From: Tubulanus polymorphus
Taxonomy: Eukaryota > Animalia > Nemertea
Direction: 5' to 3'
NCBI RefSeq assembly: GCF_964204645.1
Contig: NC_134031.1
Coordinates: 10,976,088-11,040,087, forward strand
DNA: 64,000 nt
The position numbers and the translations under genes are program-made. Numbering within the stretch: position 1 is the first letter of the stretch; each line of letters starts with the position of its first letter. This document shows, piece after piece, positions 12,900 through 24,735 of the stretch. Below the pieces are notes generated by a model, which saw nothing but the letters and a program-made list of their open reading frames with translations, was not told where the DNA came from and did not search any database.

Positions 12900-14150
12900 A
12901 TGGATGAGAAGATAGGATGTGAAATTTGTGGTGAACTTCAAAGAAAAAGTGATATGGCTCGACATATGAAAAAACAGGATGAAAATTATAAACCCCCTAA
13001 AATAACTGCCCAAATTGTAATAAATTATTCTCAAGAAATTATGTTAAAAAACATTCAGAGAAGTGTAAAATTAATGACTCAACGGTTAATGTTGATAGTA
13101 ACGAAAGTAATAATACTTCTGTTGAAGTTGCACCTGAAAATATTTGGAAAAGACCTTTTTTATTTTATGACAAGAATAATATAAAAGATCATTTCTGTGA
13201 GCCTTGTCGAATAAAATATAGCCCTGAAAATATAGAAGATTGGGAGAATCATCAATTTCGTAAAGCACATATAGATAAAATTTCTAATAAATATGAAGCA
13301 GAATTTAATGAAAGAAAAAATAATATATAAGAAAAAATAAAATATGAGAAAACGTTACCAAATAATAAAGAAACACTTGAAAAATGGGAAAAGCAATATA
13401 ATGAATTAGTAAGAAAAACATATTATTGAAAATATTGTAAATTGATTATTACAACAAGTAATTCAAATCTACATAATAGAACAATAAAACATAAAGAAAA
13501 CGTAAGAAGATACCAAGAACTTAATGAAGATCTATTACCAAGCTATGATAGAAAAAAATGCCCACAATGTATTTATGAGTACTTAAGACAAGAAGATTCT
13601 GTGATATTTTGTAATAAATGTGGATGGCAAAAAAGTTTATGGGGTGATGAAAAAACTAGAGATATTCTTATTGAACCAAAATTAAAATATCTAGATGAAA
13701 TTTTTACGATATTTTCTATGGAAGATCATACACCAGAATATAAGCAATGGCTTGAAAAAATGAAAATGATAGAAAATAAAAATGGTGAAATAACTAAGAA
13801 AGATATGATAAAAACAATTATTCCATCAACATGTAACACAAAAGAAAAGAAAATGTATTTATATTTATTATTTAACGATTATTATAAAAAACCTAAATTA
13901 ACAAACAAAGATATGGAAAATATAAAAGAAACATTCACAAACATATTAAAATATTATGTGGATATTAAAATAAGAGATTCAATTAATTATGAATTCTTTT
14001 TAAATAAGATTGTTAATTTTTTGAACATCGATATTATAATTCCATTTGATGAATTAACAAACAAAAAGGAAACAAAGAGAGCGAGATGAAATGTGGAATA
14101 ATATAGAATTTCATTTAAATGAGAAAAATGAAATGGAAGAACCTTAACAA
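12900..14150 (+). pseudogene. Zn-finger protein with VLTF3 (poxvirus A2-like late transcription factor)-like C-terminal part
   Basis: CPQC-x13-CNKCG Zn ribbon and C-terminal INYEFFLNKIVNFL..P...K...(frameshift) DEMWNNI, recalling the VLTF3 NY.Y.L.K...D.IW motif; N-terminal C2H2-like fingers; frameshifted. Confidence 0.5.
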
Positions 14151-14209
14151 TTATATGAAAATGAAGAAGCTAATAGTGATTACGAGTATGATGATATTGA
14201 TTTTCTGTT

Positions 14210-17200
14210 TTAATGACCGTAAGGTAATGTTTTTATTCCGTCACCCAAAATATCTTTTATCATCTTTTATCGTCGAATGGATTTAAGCTAGTTTTTTCAA
14301 CACCATTAATGTACATCTCGTGATCTTCTGATCTTAAACAATTCATTTTATGTTTCATTACAATTGAGTTATATAAAGACTTTATATAATCTTGAAATTC
14401 TACATGTTTATCAACCACATGCTTTGTTATTCCTTTTAACTTTTTTGCTTCATGATCTTTTGTTCTATAACTATAATTTACCAGGAATTTTCTTATTATC
14501 ATTGCTAAATAATTCATGATCTTTTGGATAATTGCTAAAATCAAAATGATGTTTTAATGTTTTTAAGTCTTTTGTTATGTCATTTGTCTTGATTTTTAGT
14601 ATGTTCGCATCCGTATTTTTGGGGATTAATGGGAACTCAGAATTGAATGTTCCATCATCTGTTGATAAATCATAAACATAATCTGTTGGGTTATATATTT
14701 CAAATAAATCTTTAACTTCTTCTGTTAATTCTTTTTCTACATGCCTTAAATTTTTACTTTTAACTATTACATGAATATAGAATTCATCATTATATTTAAT
14801 TGCAAAATCTTTAGGATTATTTACATGTATTCCATAACATTGTGATGATTTCATAACATCTATCTATTTTAAATGTTTTATTATGATAAACTTCTTCACA
14901 ATATTTTTTAATTCTTTCTAATAATTTCTAATCTTGATTGCATAAATACTAACAATATTTATTACCCCAAACATAATTATAAACACCTGCTGAACCATCA
15001 CCCATAAAAAATCCTTTAATAAAATATTCTTTTCTAATGTTTCAGGTTCTCTATTATAAATATTATCAATTATTTCATCAAATGACATATGATTCATTCT
15101 TTGGAAAAATCTTTTATGTAATAATTCATCTCCAATTTTTATTCATCTCCAGTTGGTTTTATTTCGTTTAATTAAACTGTGGTCTTCAGTAACATCTACA
15201 AACCCTAATTTAGTTCTAACTCTATAAATCTTTTTATTTGTTTTATGTCTAATTATATTCTTTAATTTTTCTATCCATTTCTTGTCCAAACATCCATTAA
15301 TCCGTTTATTTATATTAATTCTTTTTCACCATATGAAATATAAAGTTTATTTTGATGAGGTATTATATCTGAAATTCTTCTAATTAATATTTGATTATTA
15401 TATTTTAATAATCTTGGGGTATCAGCTGTTACAGAATCAAAATATAATATTTCAATATGTTTTTCCCCAAAAAGTGGTTGTAGAACATTATAATAAAAAT
15501 CATACATTAATAATTTTGACACTTCTAAAACAGTTGAACCTATAAATATAGGTTTATTAAATTTCATTGACGTTCTTTTTAATTTTACTGCTGTTAAATA
15601 ATCTTCAAATCTTTTATTTCCTCAATGTCTAGGACTTGATTGTAAATGTCTTAATCGTTCAGAATCATTTACTAATTCAATATGATTTCTATTTCTAATA
15701 TTTTCACATGTTTTTCCATAAAAACTATTATTCATTAATTTAAAAAAATCTTTTTCAAAATCTGTTTTTGATATGGTTCTCTGTTGAGTATGGAAATCTA
15801 TATATTTTTCTAACCACTTCGATTGATTAAATTCAATATATCTATGTACTTTCTTTAATTTCATTCCTTGTTTTAGATAAAATTTTAACTTTCTATAATG
15901 AACAATATACTTATATTTATTATTTTGTATTAATATTAATTTTTCTGTAAAAACATGATCTTTCGGTTTTATTTTTTTCTGATATTCACTTAAATAACTG
16001 TCATCTACGGCTAAATGTTCTGGGCAATATGGTAAATTTCTTGTTTTTAACTTTATGTTATCAGGATATTCTAAATCAACTATAAAGAAATAACCAATTG
16101 GTGCATCATCTTCTAAACTCATAATTGCGCTTTCTCAATTAGTTTTATCATCATTTTCAACTTCTGTTTATATAAAATTTTTATATGGTTGAGGTTGCAT
16201 CATTGCCCAACCATATAAATTATTAGTGTCAATATATAATAATTTATATTCATCATTTGCTTTAAAATGTCTATCTCCCATAACACCACTAATTCAACCT
16301 CTAATTGATTTTTCAAATAATAAAACCATGTCTGGTTCTTTTAATAAATCTAATTCTACATTTGTATATTTTAAACCACATTGCCAGGTTAAACCAGGAC
16401 TAGAGTAGCAATAACAAGGATCAACATTAAAATGATTTAAATTAACTTCTCTAAATTTTTCAAATATATCAGCCAATATCATAACATCTGATTTTAAGTG
16501 TAAATCTACTAATTCACCATGATTTTCTATCTTAAAATGATTCCAAAATATTTAATGTTCTATTAAAAACTTCATCTTTCACAAACTCCTCTTTTAATTG
16601 ATCATAAAATTGTTCTTTTGTTAATTCTGTTACATTAAAATCATCATGTGTTTTATGCGCCTTTATATCTCAATAATTTAAATTCTAGTTCATTTGGGTA
16701 ATAATGTCGAGTTATTACAAAATCATTATCAACTAAACTTTTTGCTAAATTATCTAATGAACTTGCTAACAATCTATAAGAATCTAAAAATCTAATGCAA
16801 CCAAATTGAAATGAAATATAATTTTAAGATGTTTTAGCTTATAGTTTAAAATTATAATTTCTTACATTTAAATCATTTATAGCATTATATTCTTCTATTT
16901 CTTGATTAATTGTGCCTAATTTTCCTGATAATTGTTTCGTAAATAGATGAGTATCATAACCCGATAAATTATGAAATAATATTGGTACGAAATTAACTTT
17001 CTTAGCTTGTAAATTGCAATCTTTATGAGCAGCTCCACGATATTTGGAATTTTAATGATCATGATCTCTAACTTTTTTATCAAATGAATAAAAACGTTTT
17101 TCACACTTACAACAATGAGTTGCATAATTAAAATCAATTTCATCTTCTTTTGTTATAACTATTCTTTTGTTTTTGTTTAATAATTTTGCAAAATCACTTT

Positions 17201-17335
17201 CTAATTCAATTATTTTATTACAAAATTCATTTGCTACATCTTCACCTCTAAAACAAATATATTGACTTAAATATAATTCAGAATAATTTGATTTTATATA
17301 AATTCCATAAGCAGCACCTCTTTGATGAATTCTTT
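14210..17335 (-). pseudogene. polB: Protein-primed DNA polymerase B containing an intein (copy 1)
   Basis: VRDHDH, FHNLSGYD, KLMNNSFYGKT, YFD-[intein]-TD, LNPFDDKR; many frameshifts. Confidence 0.92.
14615..15435 (-). mobile_element. Intein in PolB motif C with partially deleted LAGLIDADG endonuclease (decayed)
   Basis: YFD|SVTADTP ... DVTEDHS ... GFFMGDG ... VYDLSTDDGTF..LIPKN|TD; lacks the second LAGLIDADG block present in the 56755-57819 copy. Confidence 0.9.
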
Positions 17336-18180
17336 GGTTTACCTTTGTCAGTGATATGAGGTTGGCATTGAGCCAATTCATGTAAAATCGCGGTACTTTT
17401 TTATGTGAGCATTTGTTTCATTGGTTCTCGGCTTAAACAACGTATAATCGATGCGATTGAAGACATGGCGAACCTCCGTCGATGTACATGGTCAACTGAT
17501 TTAAAATTCTATGAAAATTCTTAGCTCTCGCATATAAAATTGCAATGACCTCGATTTGGGGGCGTCATCTCTACGAGCGAATAGGATTGGCTGTTTTTGG
17601 GATATACGGGGAATTCCGGCACTACTAAAATAATTATGGGAATGGCGTACGTTTCATTGGATTAGGTGTCGTATACGTGCGAATTTTAAATGCTCATTGC
17701 TGGTGAGGATGTAATTATTTCACACATCCGCCATAGGTATTGTTTCATTTAAATACCTGGTGATAGTTTTGATAAACATTGATGTGTAAGCAAACATTCA
17801 CTTACACGAGGCCTCCACCTGTGCGCGCAAAGTGCTACACGACACACACAAGCTCGTACAGTACACTACTCAAGGTGATGCTGTAACGCGTGCGCGTTTG
17901 ACATGAAAATAGGCTGCATAATCGTAGCAGAAGATGAGCGCTGTGTTTTCTGTTTGATGGAATTTGTAATAAATTGTAATTTCTTGTGACCTGAAAATAT
18001 TAAGCAGCAAACTAAAAGTATAGGTCGAGGTCTGAATATTGTAGTCGTAAATTCCAGGATTTAAAACGATCTAATAACCGATTTCTTCTGTACCGGTATT
18101 TTAACTTCCGCGGCCAACATTGGAAGAGGTTTCCAGGACCCAATATTCAGCCACCCTCTGATATGTGACATCATATGACA
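17336..18180 (+). mobile_element. Helentron-like non-autonomous repeat, partial copy of 20897-22060, inserted in PolB
   Basis: Colinear ~840 bp similarity with 20897-21773; starts GGTTTACCTT. Confidence 0.75.
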
Positions 18181-18724
18181 TAGTCATATATCTCATAGTG
18201 ACTATATCAAAGCTGGTAACTTAATTCAATGTACTGTTTCATTTTTAACACAGAGATGACGCTCTGGACGAAGTTATAATTTTAGAATAATTCTCGAAAT
18301 CTACGCTATTAGACAAATTTCCCATGCACAACGTAGATCATTTTTGTTATATCCGGCAATTTGTATTCCAGATTATTTCCGATTATATTGGGTTGAATGG
18401 TGATAGAAGTTGATGTTGAAAAGATTTTTGAATAATATTTTATTAATAATTCATTCCAATAGATTTATTTTACAAGGTGAATTAATGTGCGGATGACTAC
18501 ATCACTCGGGTGTGAACGGGCACCTTGCACCAAGGGTCGGTACCGTAGCAGTCTTAAATTCCTTGTTTTTTGCTGAGAAAATCAGTGGGAGTCTTTAACT
18601 TCGAAAGCTTGGCAGACAATGTCCTTGAAAGTCCTAATTTTTACAGGCAGACCGAAATTATCACCGAGTTGTATGACAGTGTGGCGTGTGTTTATTCATG
18701 CAGACGTATTGCGTAGCAGCTGTT

Positions 18725-19569
18725 GGCGTAGCCATACTACGCGAGGCAAGCGTGCGCTGGCAGATAACTAGTATCTCACACTGCACATACTACAGTGACA
18801 TTGTGGCATAGGCTCATATTGATGCACGCATTATGAATACGCCGATTTTTCATACAGTGAAATCAAGTTTTTTTGAATGAAGTTAACATTATCATAGATT
18901 TTCATTTAAGTTATTATCGGTCACATTATTACTAAAAAGACTTTGAAAGTGATATACATTGGTTTGTCGATCTTTTTGTACTTTAACCGGCCATAACAAA
19001 TCGATCTGACGTATTTGTTACACCTACTGTAACAACTAGAATTTTCAGTGCACTCGGGAACTAGCTCATCAAAATAAATCCAAAGTCATCAATTCCATCT
19101 TGATAGAATATCTTTTATTCAAATGCTTGGTCGGCTTCCGACCGACCGCAACAACTGCTCAGTACAAACTGCCAACTAAAAGTGTGCGTTGTGTCCCTCA
19201 TTCTGTTTCAACTGACTATTATATCTATATATATATTCCTGCATAGTAACAAAAACTTAGGTATGAAAAACAAAGGTGACAGACAGTGAGTAGACAATTT
19301 GAGCAACAACATGCCATAAACAAAGACAGAAAGAACATATGACTAATTACTTTACAAACACGACTAACAAATACATTTCTAAACAAAACAACAAGTTGCT
19401 ATACTACCACTGTCTTGAGGCGCCTAGTTCCACCGTAGTGTCAAGGGCAGTTGTGAAGCGAACAGATCTGCATAATTAAAAGAGTAAGAATGATCAATGT
19501 AATATGTTTTCATTGATATTATAAAAAAAAACTTTGCCTCGAGAGCACAGGACCGTTGGCCTTCTAGTT
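18725..19569 (+). mobile_element. Second copy of the 768-1137 Helitron-like repeat with an internal insertion
   Basis: Shared blocks and the same 3' end gagagcacaggacc.ttgg..tctagtt. Confidence 0.6.
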
Positions 19570-20090
19570 ATAGTTACTGGATATTGATCAATTTTATATA
19601 ATGTTTCATATTTCCGGTAATCTGTTATTCTACCAACATTTTCCTGAGTTGGATGTAAGCAACTAATAATTGCCCACAGAAAACATTTGTTGTCTTCATT
19701 TTGAAAATTTATAATTGCTTTAGTTCAGATTTATTTTTTAAAGCTGTTTTTTTTACTTGTTGAGGTTTATCATCTAAATATTCTGTTCCTAAAATATTTC
19801 TATTTAAAACTTGTTTGTGTTTGTGTGATTCGAGATGTCTTTATAATTCCTTTTTGTTATAAATTCATTACAAACATCACATTTTATTTCATCCACATTC
19901 ATATTTACTAATCATTCTTTTCTTTCATTGGAATTTTCTGGAGTTTCAAAATCTATTAACATTTTTTATATGATTTGCAGTTTTTTCATGGCGCGATTTT
20001 TGAGGTTTATCGATGAATTTTTTACAATACGCACAATAATATTGATTTTTATTAACATCATTGTTTTCTGTCTAATACTCACTGTCTCCA
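19570..20090 (-). pseudogene. N-terminal fragment of PolB copy 1 with Zn fingers
   Basis: Minus strand YCAYCKK..RHEKTANH, CDVC..RHLESHKH, INFQNEDNKCFLWAIISCLHP, homologous to 25620-25690. Confidence 0.7.
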
Positions 20091-20425
20091 ATTTATAAGG
20101 AAAAAAATTTACTTGTGGTGATGAGTGATTAAAAAAAGCAAAAAAATTAAATCATTTAACAATATTTCTATATTGAAAAAGTTAAATGAACTGGGGCCAC
20201 CCGAGCGGGATCACCTTCCCCCTGTGTATAACAAACACGCAATCAACCGTTCTGGTCAATGCCTCGCTGCGTCGATCTATCCAAGAGCAGCTGTTGTTAC
20301 CCGCACTCACTGTACATAGCACAACGCAATCGACCGTTCTTGTCAGCGCCTCGATCAATCAAATTGTCCAGATAAGTCATTTCGGATTCTTAATGTTTAA
20401 TTAATTTTATTATCAATTTATTTTT

Positions 20426-20701
20426 AATCAACAACTTCTAAATCATGATGCCCGTCTTCATTTTTCCCATGGTAAATTATTTTAAATCCTTCGAATTCCT
20501 CTGTTCTCAATGAAACCCATTTATCAGGTAAAAATACTTTAAATTCTCGCGTTCTCCATATTTAGTTTTTATCTTTTCTAATTTCAATATTTTGTGTTCA
20601 ATTTCTTTTGTAACATCGACTAACTTTTTTATTTCAAATTGTTTTTTTGCTGGTTTTATTCTGTTATTTATTGTTGCTAAGAATACCTTTCTATCTCCCA
20701 T
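20426..20701 (-). pseudogene. Small conserved Polinton protein, possibly OB-fold ssDNA-binding (homologs 28791-29144, 62040-62321, 7095-7276)
   Basis: KKL.....I..L....TKYG....VFLPDKW...IIYHGKNEDGHHDLE; fold assignment is inference. Confidence 0.6.
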
Positions 20702-20809
20702 TTATTAGAAAAAAAAAATTACTTGTGGTGATGAGTGGTGTGTTGACCTCACGACCTCTGATCTGAACCCCTCATATTCCAATTACTTATATACCCCTGT
20801 TTTTAACCT

Positions 20810-22142
20810 TTATTTCATACCTGACGATGATCTCTAGGGTGAGATCAAAACGTCGTGTATTCTATACATTTTAGAGTGAATAAATAAATTCTTGTTGGTT
20901 TACCTTTGTCAGCAGTATGAGGTTGGGAGTATGAGCCAATTCATGTAAAATCGCGGTATGTTTTTTTATGTGAGCATTTTTTCATTGGTCTCGGGTTAAA
21001 TGACATACAATCGATGCGATTGAAGACATGACGAACCTCCGTTGATGACATGGTCAACTTTGTTTAAATTCAACGAAAAACTGTTTTTGGCAGGAAAATT
21101 CTTAGCTCTTGCGTATAAAATTGCAATCACCTCGATCGGGGGCTTCGTCTCTACGAGCGAATGTGATTGGCTGTTTTTGGGATATATGGGGAATTCCCGG
21201 CGCTACTAAAATAATTATGGGAAAGCCATTAATGGCGAACGTTTCATTGGACTGGTGCCGTGTATGTGCAAATTTTAAATGCTCATTGCTGGTGAGAATA
21301 TAATTATTTCACATATCGCCATAGGTATTGTTTCATTTTAATACCCGGTGATTGAGATTGAAGTGAAGCGAACGTTCACTACACAGGCCTCCACTTGCGC
21401 ATGAGTGCTAAACATTAGACTGCTGCACACAAACACACGCTCATACAGACTACCGGTATGGTGATGCTGTAACGCTGCTTGGCGCGTGCACGTTTGGTAT
21501 GATAACAGGCTGAATGATCGTCGTAGCAGAAGATAAGCACTGTGTTTTCTGTTTGATAGAATTTGTAATAAATTGTAATTTCTTGTGACCTGAAAATACT
21601 AAGCAGCAAACTATAGGTATAGGTTGAGGTCTGAATATTGTAGTGGTAAATTCCGCGATTTAAAACGATCCAATACTACGCCCTGGTGTTTTAGCTTCCA
21701 CGGCCATACATTGGAAGAGGTTTCGTTCCCAAGACTCAATATTCAGCCACCCTCTGATATGTGACATCATATGAATTTTATTTGAATATTTTTTCATATT
21801 GTGAACGATATTTTTTTGAAAATATAAAATAGTTTCCCTCCCGCGCCTGCCTGTACCCTACGAAATTTTGGACGTAGACCATAAACAAATGTTTATCTTT
21901 GGTCTTATTTGACTACAAAGTATTACTGTAAGAAAGATAAAATACAATATAAACTTCTAGAGCTTCGAAGTCACATATTAATAAGATTTTTCAAGCAATG
22001 CCCTTACTCCAAACAACCTCTAGCTTTTAAGGTAAACCACACTTTTGCCCATGGGCTATTTATTTTTAAATTCTTTTGATCTGTAGATAGTGGGTTTTTA
22101 TCTTATTATCTGTTCACCACGTTTGAGTGTGGTTATCGTTCT
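20810..22142 (+). mobile_element. Penelope-type pLTR copy (hammerhead-like core at 20821) interrupted by a Helentron-like element
   Basis: 20821-20893 and 22057-22142 together match 9089-9242. Confidence 0.7.
20897..22060 (+). mobile_element. Complete non-autonomous Helentron-like (HINE) element
   Basis: subTIR GGTTTACCTT (20897-20906) / AAGGTAAACC (22029-22038), 3' palindrome GCCCATGGGC, T-rich ends. Confidence 0.75.
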
Positions 22143-23889
22143 AACATAAAATGTTTATTGATATATTTCAATACATACGTATGTAAGTTGTAAATCGTCA
22201 ATAAAGCACTATTATCATTATTATTAAAAGTTAAATTCATTCTGGTCCTCGGCCGCTGTTGATACTAGATTTTAAGGACTTCTAAATCCATACTAAAAAA
22301 CAATGATGGAGAACAAACCTAGTTAAAGTTTGTGCAGCCGAATAAACTGAGCAGTCACTTCGTTATTAAAATCAAACACAATTTGTGATCTCCACTAGTA
22401 TTTGCAAAACCTGGTTTACATTGTACGATCAAGCTTAAATCCACTTTTGGTCACAAATTGTCAATAAGTGTGAAGATATGTAAACCGACCGGCGATAACT
22501 AGCCGAAGTTATAATGCGTTTACAGATTACGAAACCATTAATGAAGCTGAAAGACATACGGACACATTTGATTGAGCCAAAACAGTGTTGATATTGTGCG
22601 GCTGGGCGTTGTTTGGTGAATAAAACGTAACGATATCTACCATGTCAATAATTACCCGCTTACAATAAAAATCCTGGCTATAAGAAAGGCCATATTCAAA
22701 ATGACCGTACGACCAACACTATTGAAAACTATAATAACTATAAATGTCCATAAACCTATACAAATCAAATGGAAACCCCGTTAGAAAAAAAGAATATTAA
22801 AATGCGGGCGGCGGCCAGTTTTGAACATGCACACTACTGAATGTTAGTCCAGCACATGTTCCGCTGCGCTAATGGGTCTGTTCAGTTGACGACTCGTAGA
22901 GCTATTATATATTAGAATTCAATGTAGCTTAGATATTAGGTTCACACCTACGTTCATTCTTGTTCGCTCTTCTGACCTGGTAAAATTCTTTTACGCGATA
23001 TTAATTCATAATAAATTACTATACGCAAATTCGAAATGATCAGACGCTGAGTTATATTTCTCTCTGAGTTGAAAATTACGTTTATAAGCTGTTAGTAGTT
23101 GAATCTGAGAGGAGATACATTTTATGAGGAATATCTGTCTGGAAAGTGGAAAAGGAATAATCATGAGAATTACAATACGGATTCTCGCAGCAGTAGTAAC
23201 ACTAATGATAGAAATAATGATAACACTAATAATAACTAATGTCTCTAATGTTAATGCTTCATAGAATATCTATTTGATCATTTATTTCTTTGTACTTGAC
23301 TCATTTTACCAGATGAAATACACGATGGACAGAATTTGGAGTTATATTACCAGTAGTGTGAGTCAACTATATGCTCGACAGTAAAACAAGGTGTATATTT
23401 CCAGATGTATCCGATCTTAGTATGCTCCATACCACGAAGTTGTCTCTGCATGATTTTTCTAGCCAGAATATGAAAATACTGAATATTGTATTATGTATGA
23501 ATAAAGAACTTGTGTAGTGTACTCTAAATCACTGGTATTTCACCTTCATATTATGATACATTATACATTTTATGTACATGTATACTGTTGCTCTATTGCT
23601 ATTTGTTAGATAAGTCATAAAGGTTGCGATGTGCCAGTTTTCTGAAATGAAGTGTATGTTTGTTGTGTTAGTTGGACGTTTTCGTACGAATTTGTATGGG
23701 GTGTGTCCCATTATTTAATGCAGTGTCCGAACTGAGCGGATAAACAAAGAACACAAAATTGCCTCAATGATATCTAAATCGCTACCGCCTAATCGGTACA
23801 GGTTGAATCTAGATTGTTCTACCGAATTAGGCTTGCTGTTACCAGTTTGGAGAACATTTCTTTTAAATTCTGGTTTGTAATTATACAAA

Positions 23890-24056
23890 AATTGATAAGT
23901 TCAACGAGACTTACCTGGAAGTTGAAGTTTGACTGCGATTCTCCGGAGTGAGGTCGAACTGGTTGGGATAAAATGAGATATGCACCGAACCCTCAGTATT
24001 TAACAACTTTTTATGCAACTTCAACTTGCAGGTAAGTCTCGTTTAACTTATCAATT
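23890..24056. mobile_element. MITE-like foldback with ~40 bp TIRs
   Basis: AATTGATAAGTTCAACGAGACTTACCTGGAAGTTGAAGTT versus its reverse complement at 24017-24056 (2 mismatches). Confidence 0.7.
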
Positions 24057-24267
24057 CTCCGTCATTTCAGTGACACTAGTAGGGATCCAATGAGACGTTA
24101 ATGTGGGTGAATGAAAAGTATCTACAATCAACAGAGATTGAGAACAACAATCCATATCAAAACAATAAAATCACCTCTTTATCTACCAATTATATAAGAC
24201 TTATCAGAATCTTACAATATACCAATTCCTGATTTCAATAAATCCCATGGATAGAATAAGATATACC

Positions 24268-24454
24268 AGTAATAGGGGATTGTGGCTTTCATACCAAAGG
24301 TCGAAAGGTCGAGCTCGTAAAAATGAAAATAACAATAATTTCCATTTGAATTAGTCGCGCACACTCCTAATTCAACTGGAAATTATTGTTATTTTCATTT
24401 TTTACTCACTCACCCTTTCAACCTTTGATATGAAAGCCACATTCCCCTATTACT
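24268..24454. mobile_element. Palindromic MITE (~190 bp foldback)
   Basis: AGTAATAGGGGATTGTGGCTTTCATA... / ...TATGAAAGCCACATTCCCCTATTACT, arms ~88 bp. Confidence 0.75.
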
Positions 24455-24735
24455 CTTAAAATATTCATTTACATGGATAAAATATATATGAAAAACATAT
24501 AAAAGTAATTAGTAAATGGCTTTTTCAGGTCGGAGGTCGAGCTCTTATAAATAGATATATTTTAAACATTATTTCAATATTTATATTGTTACGAGTTAGA
24601 TTTTTAAACATTAAAAGTGTGAGTAAAGTGTGGTTGAAATAGTTCATATATATACACATGAATAACATATAAATGAATAACTTCTAAATGAATAAAATGT
24701 GTCAAATCAATTTAAAAAAAAAAATTAGTATTAAA

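Larger units (their letters stand above)
7058..20740 (-). mobile_element. Decayed, rearranged type-A Polinton/Maverick region (intein-positive PolB) interrupted by several insertions
   Basis: Homologs of integrase, penton, membrane proteins and pPolB of the 24.7-41 kb copy; 7090-8540 is an inverted homolog of 60675-62210; may be more than one element. Confidence 0.85.

Noticed and set aside
22150-23880. Possible host gene or exon
   Set aside because: No substantial ORF or recognisable motif; probably unclassified repeat or intergenic DNA
24268-24454. Left TIR of the type-A Polinton
   Set aside because: It is a self-contained palindrome with no matching copy near 41-42 kb; treated as a MITE
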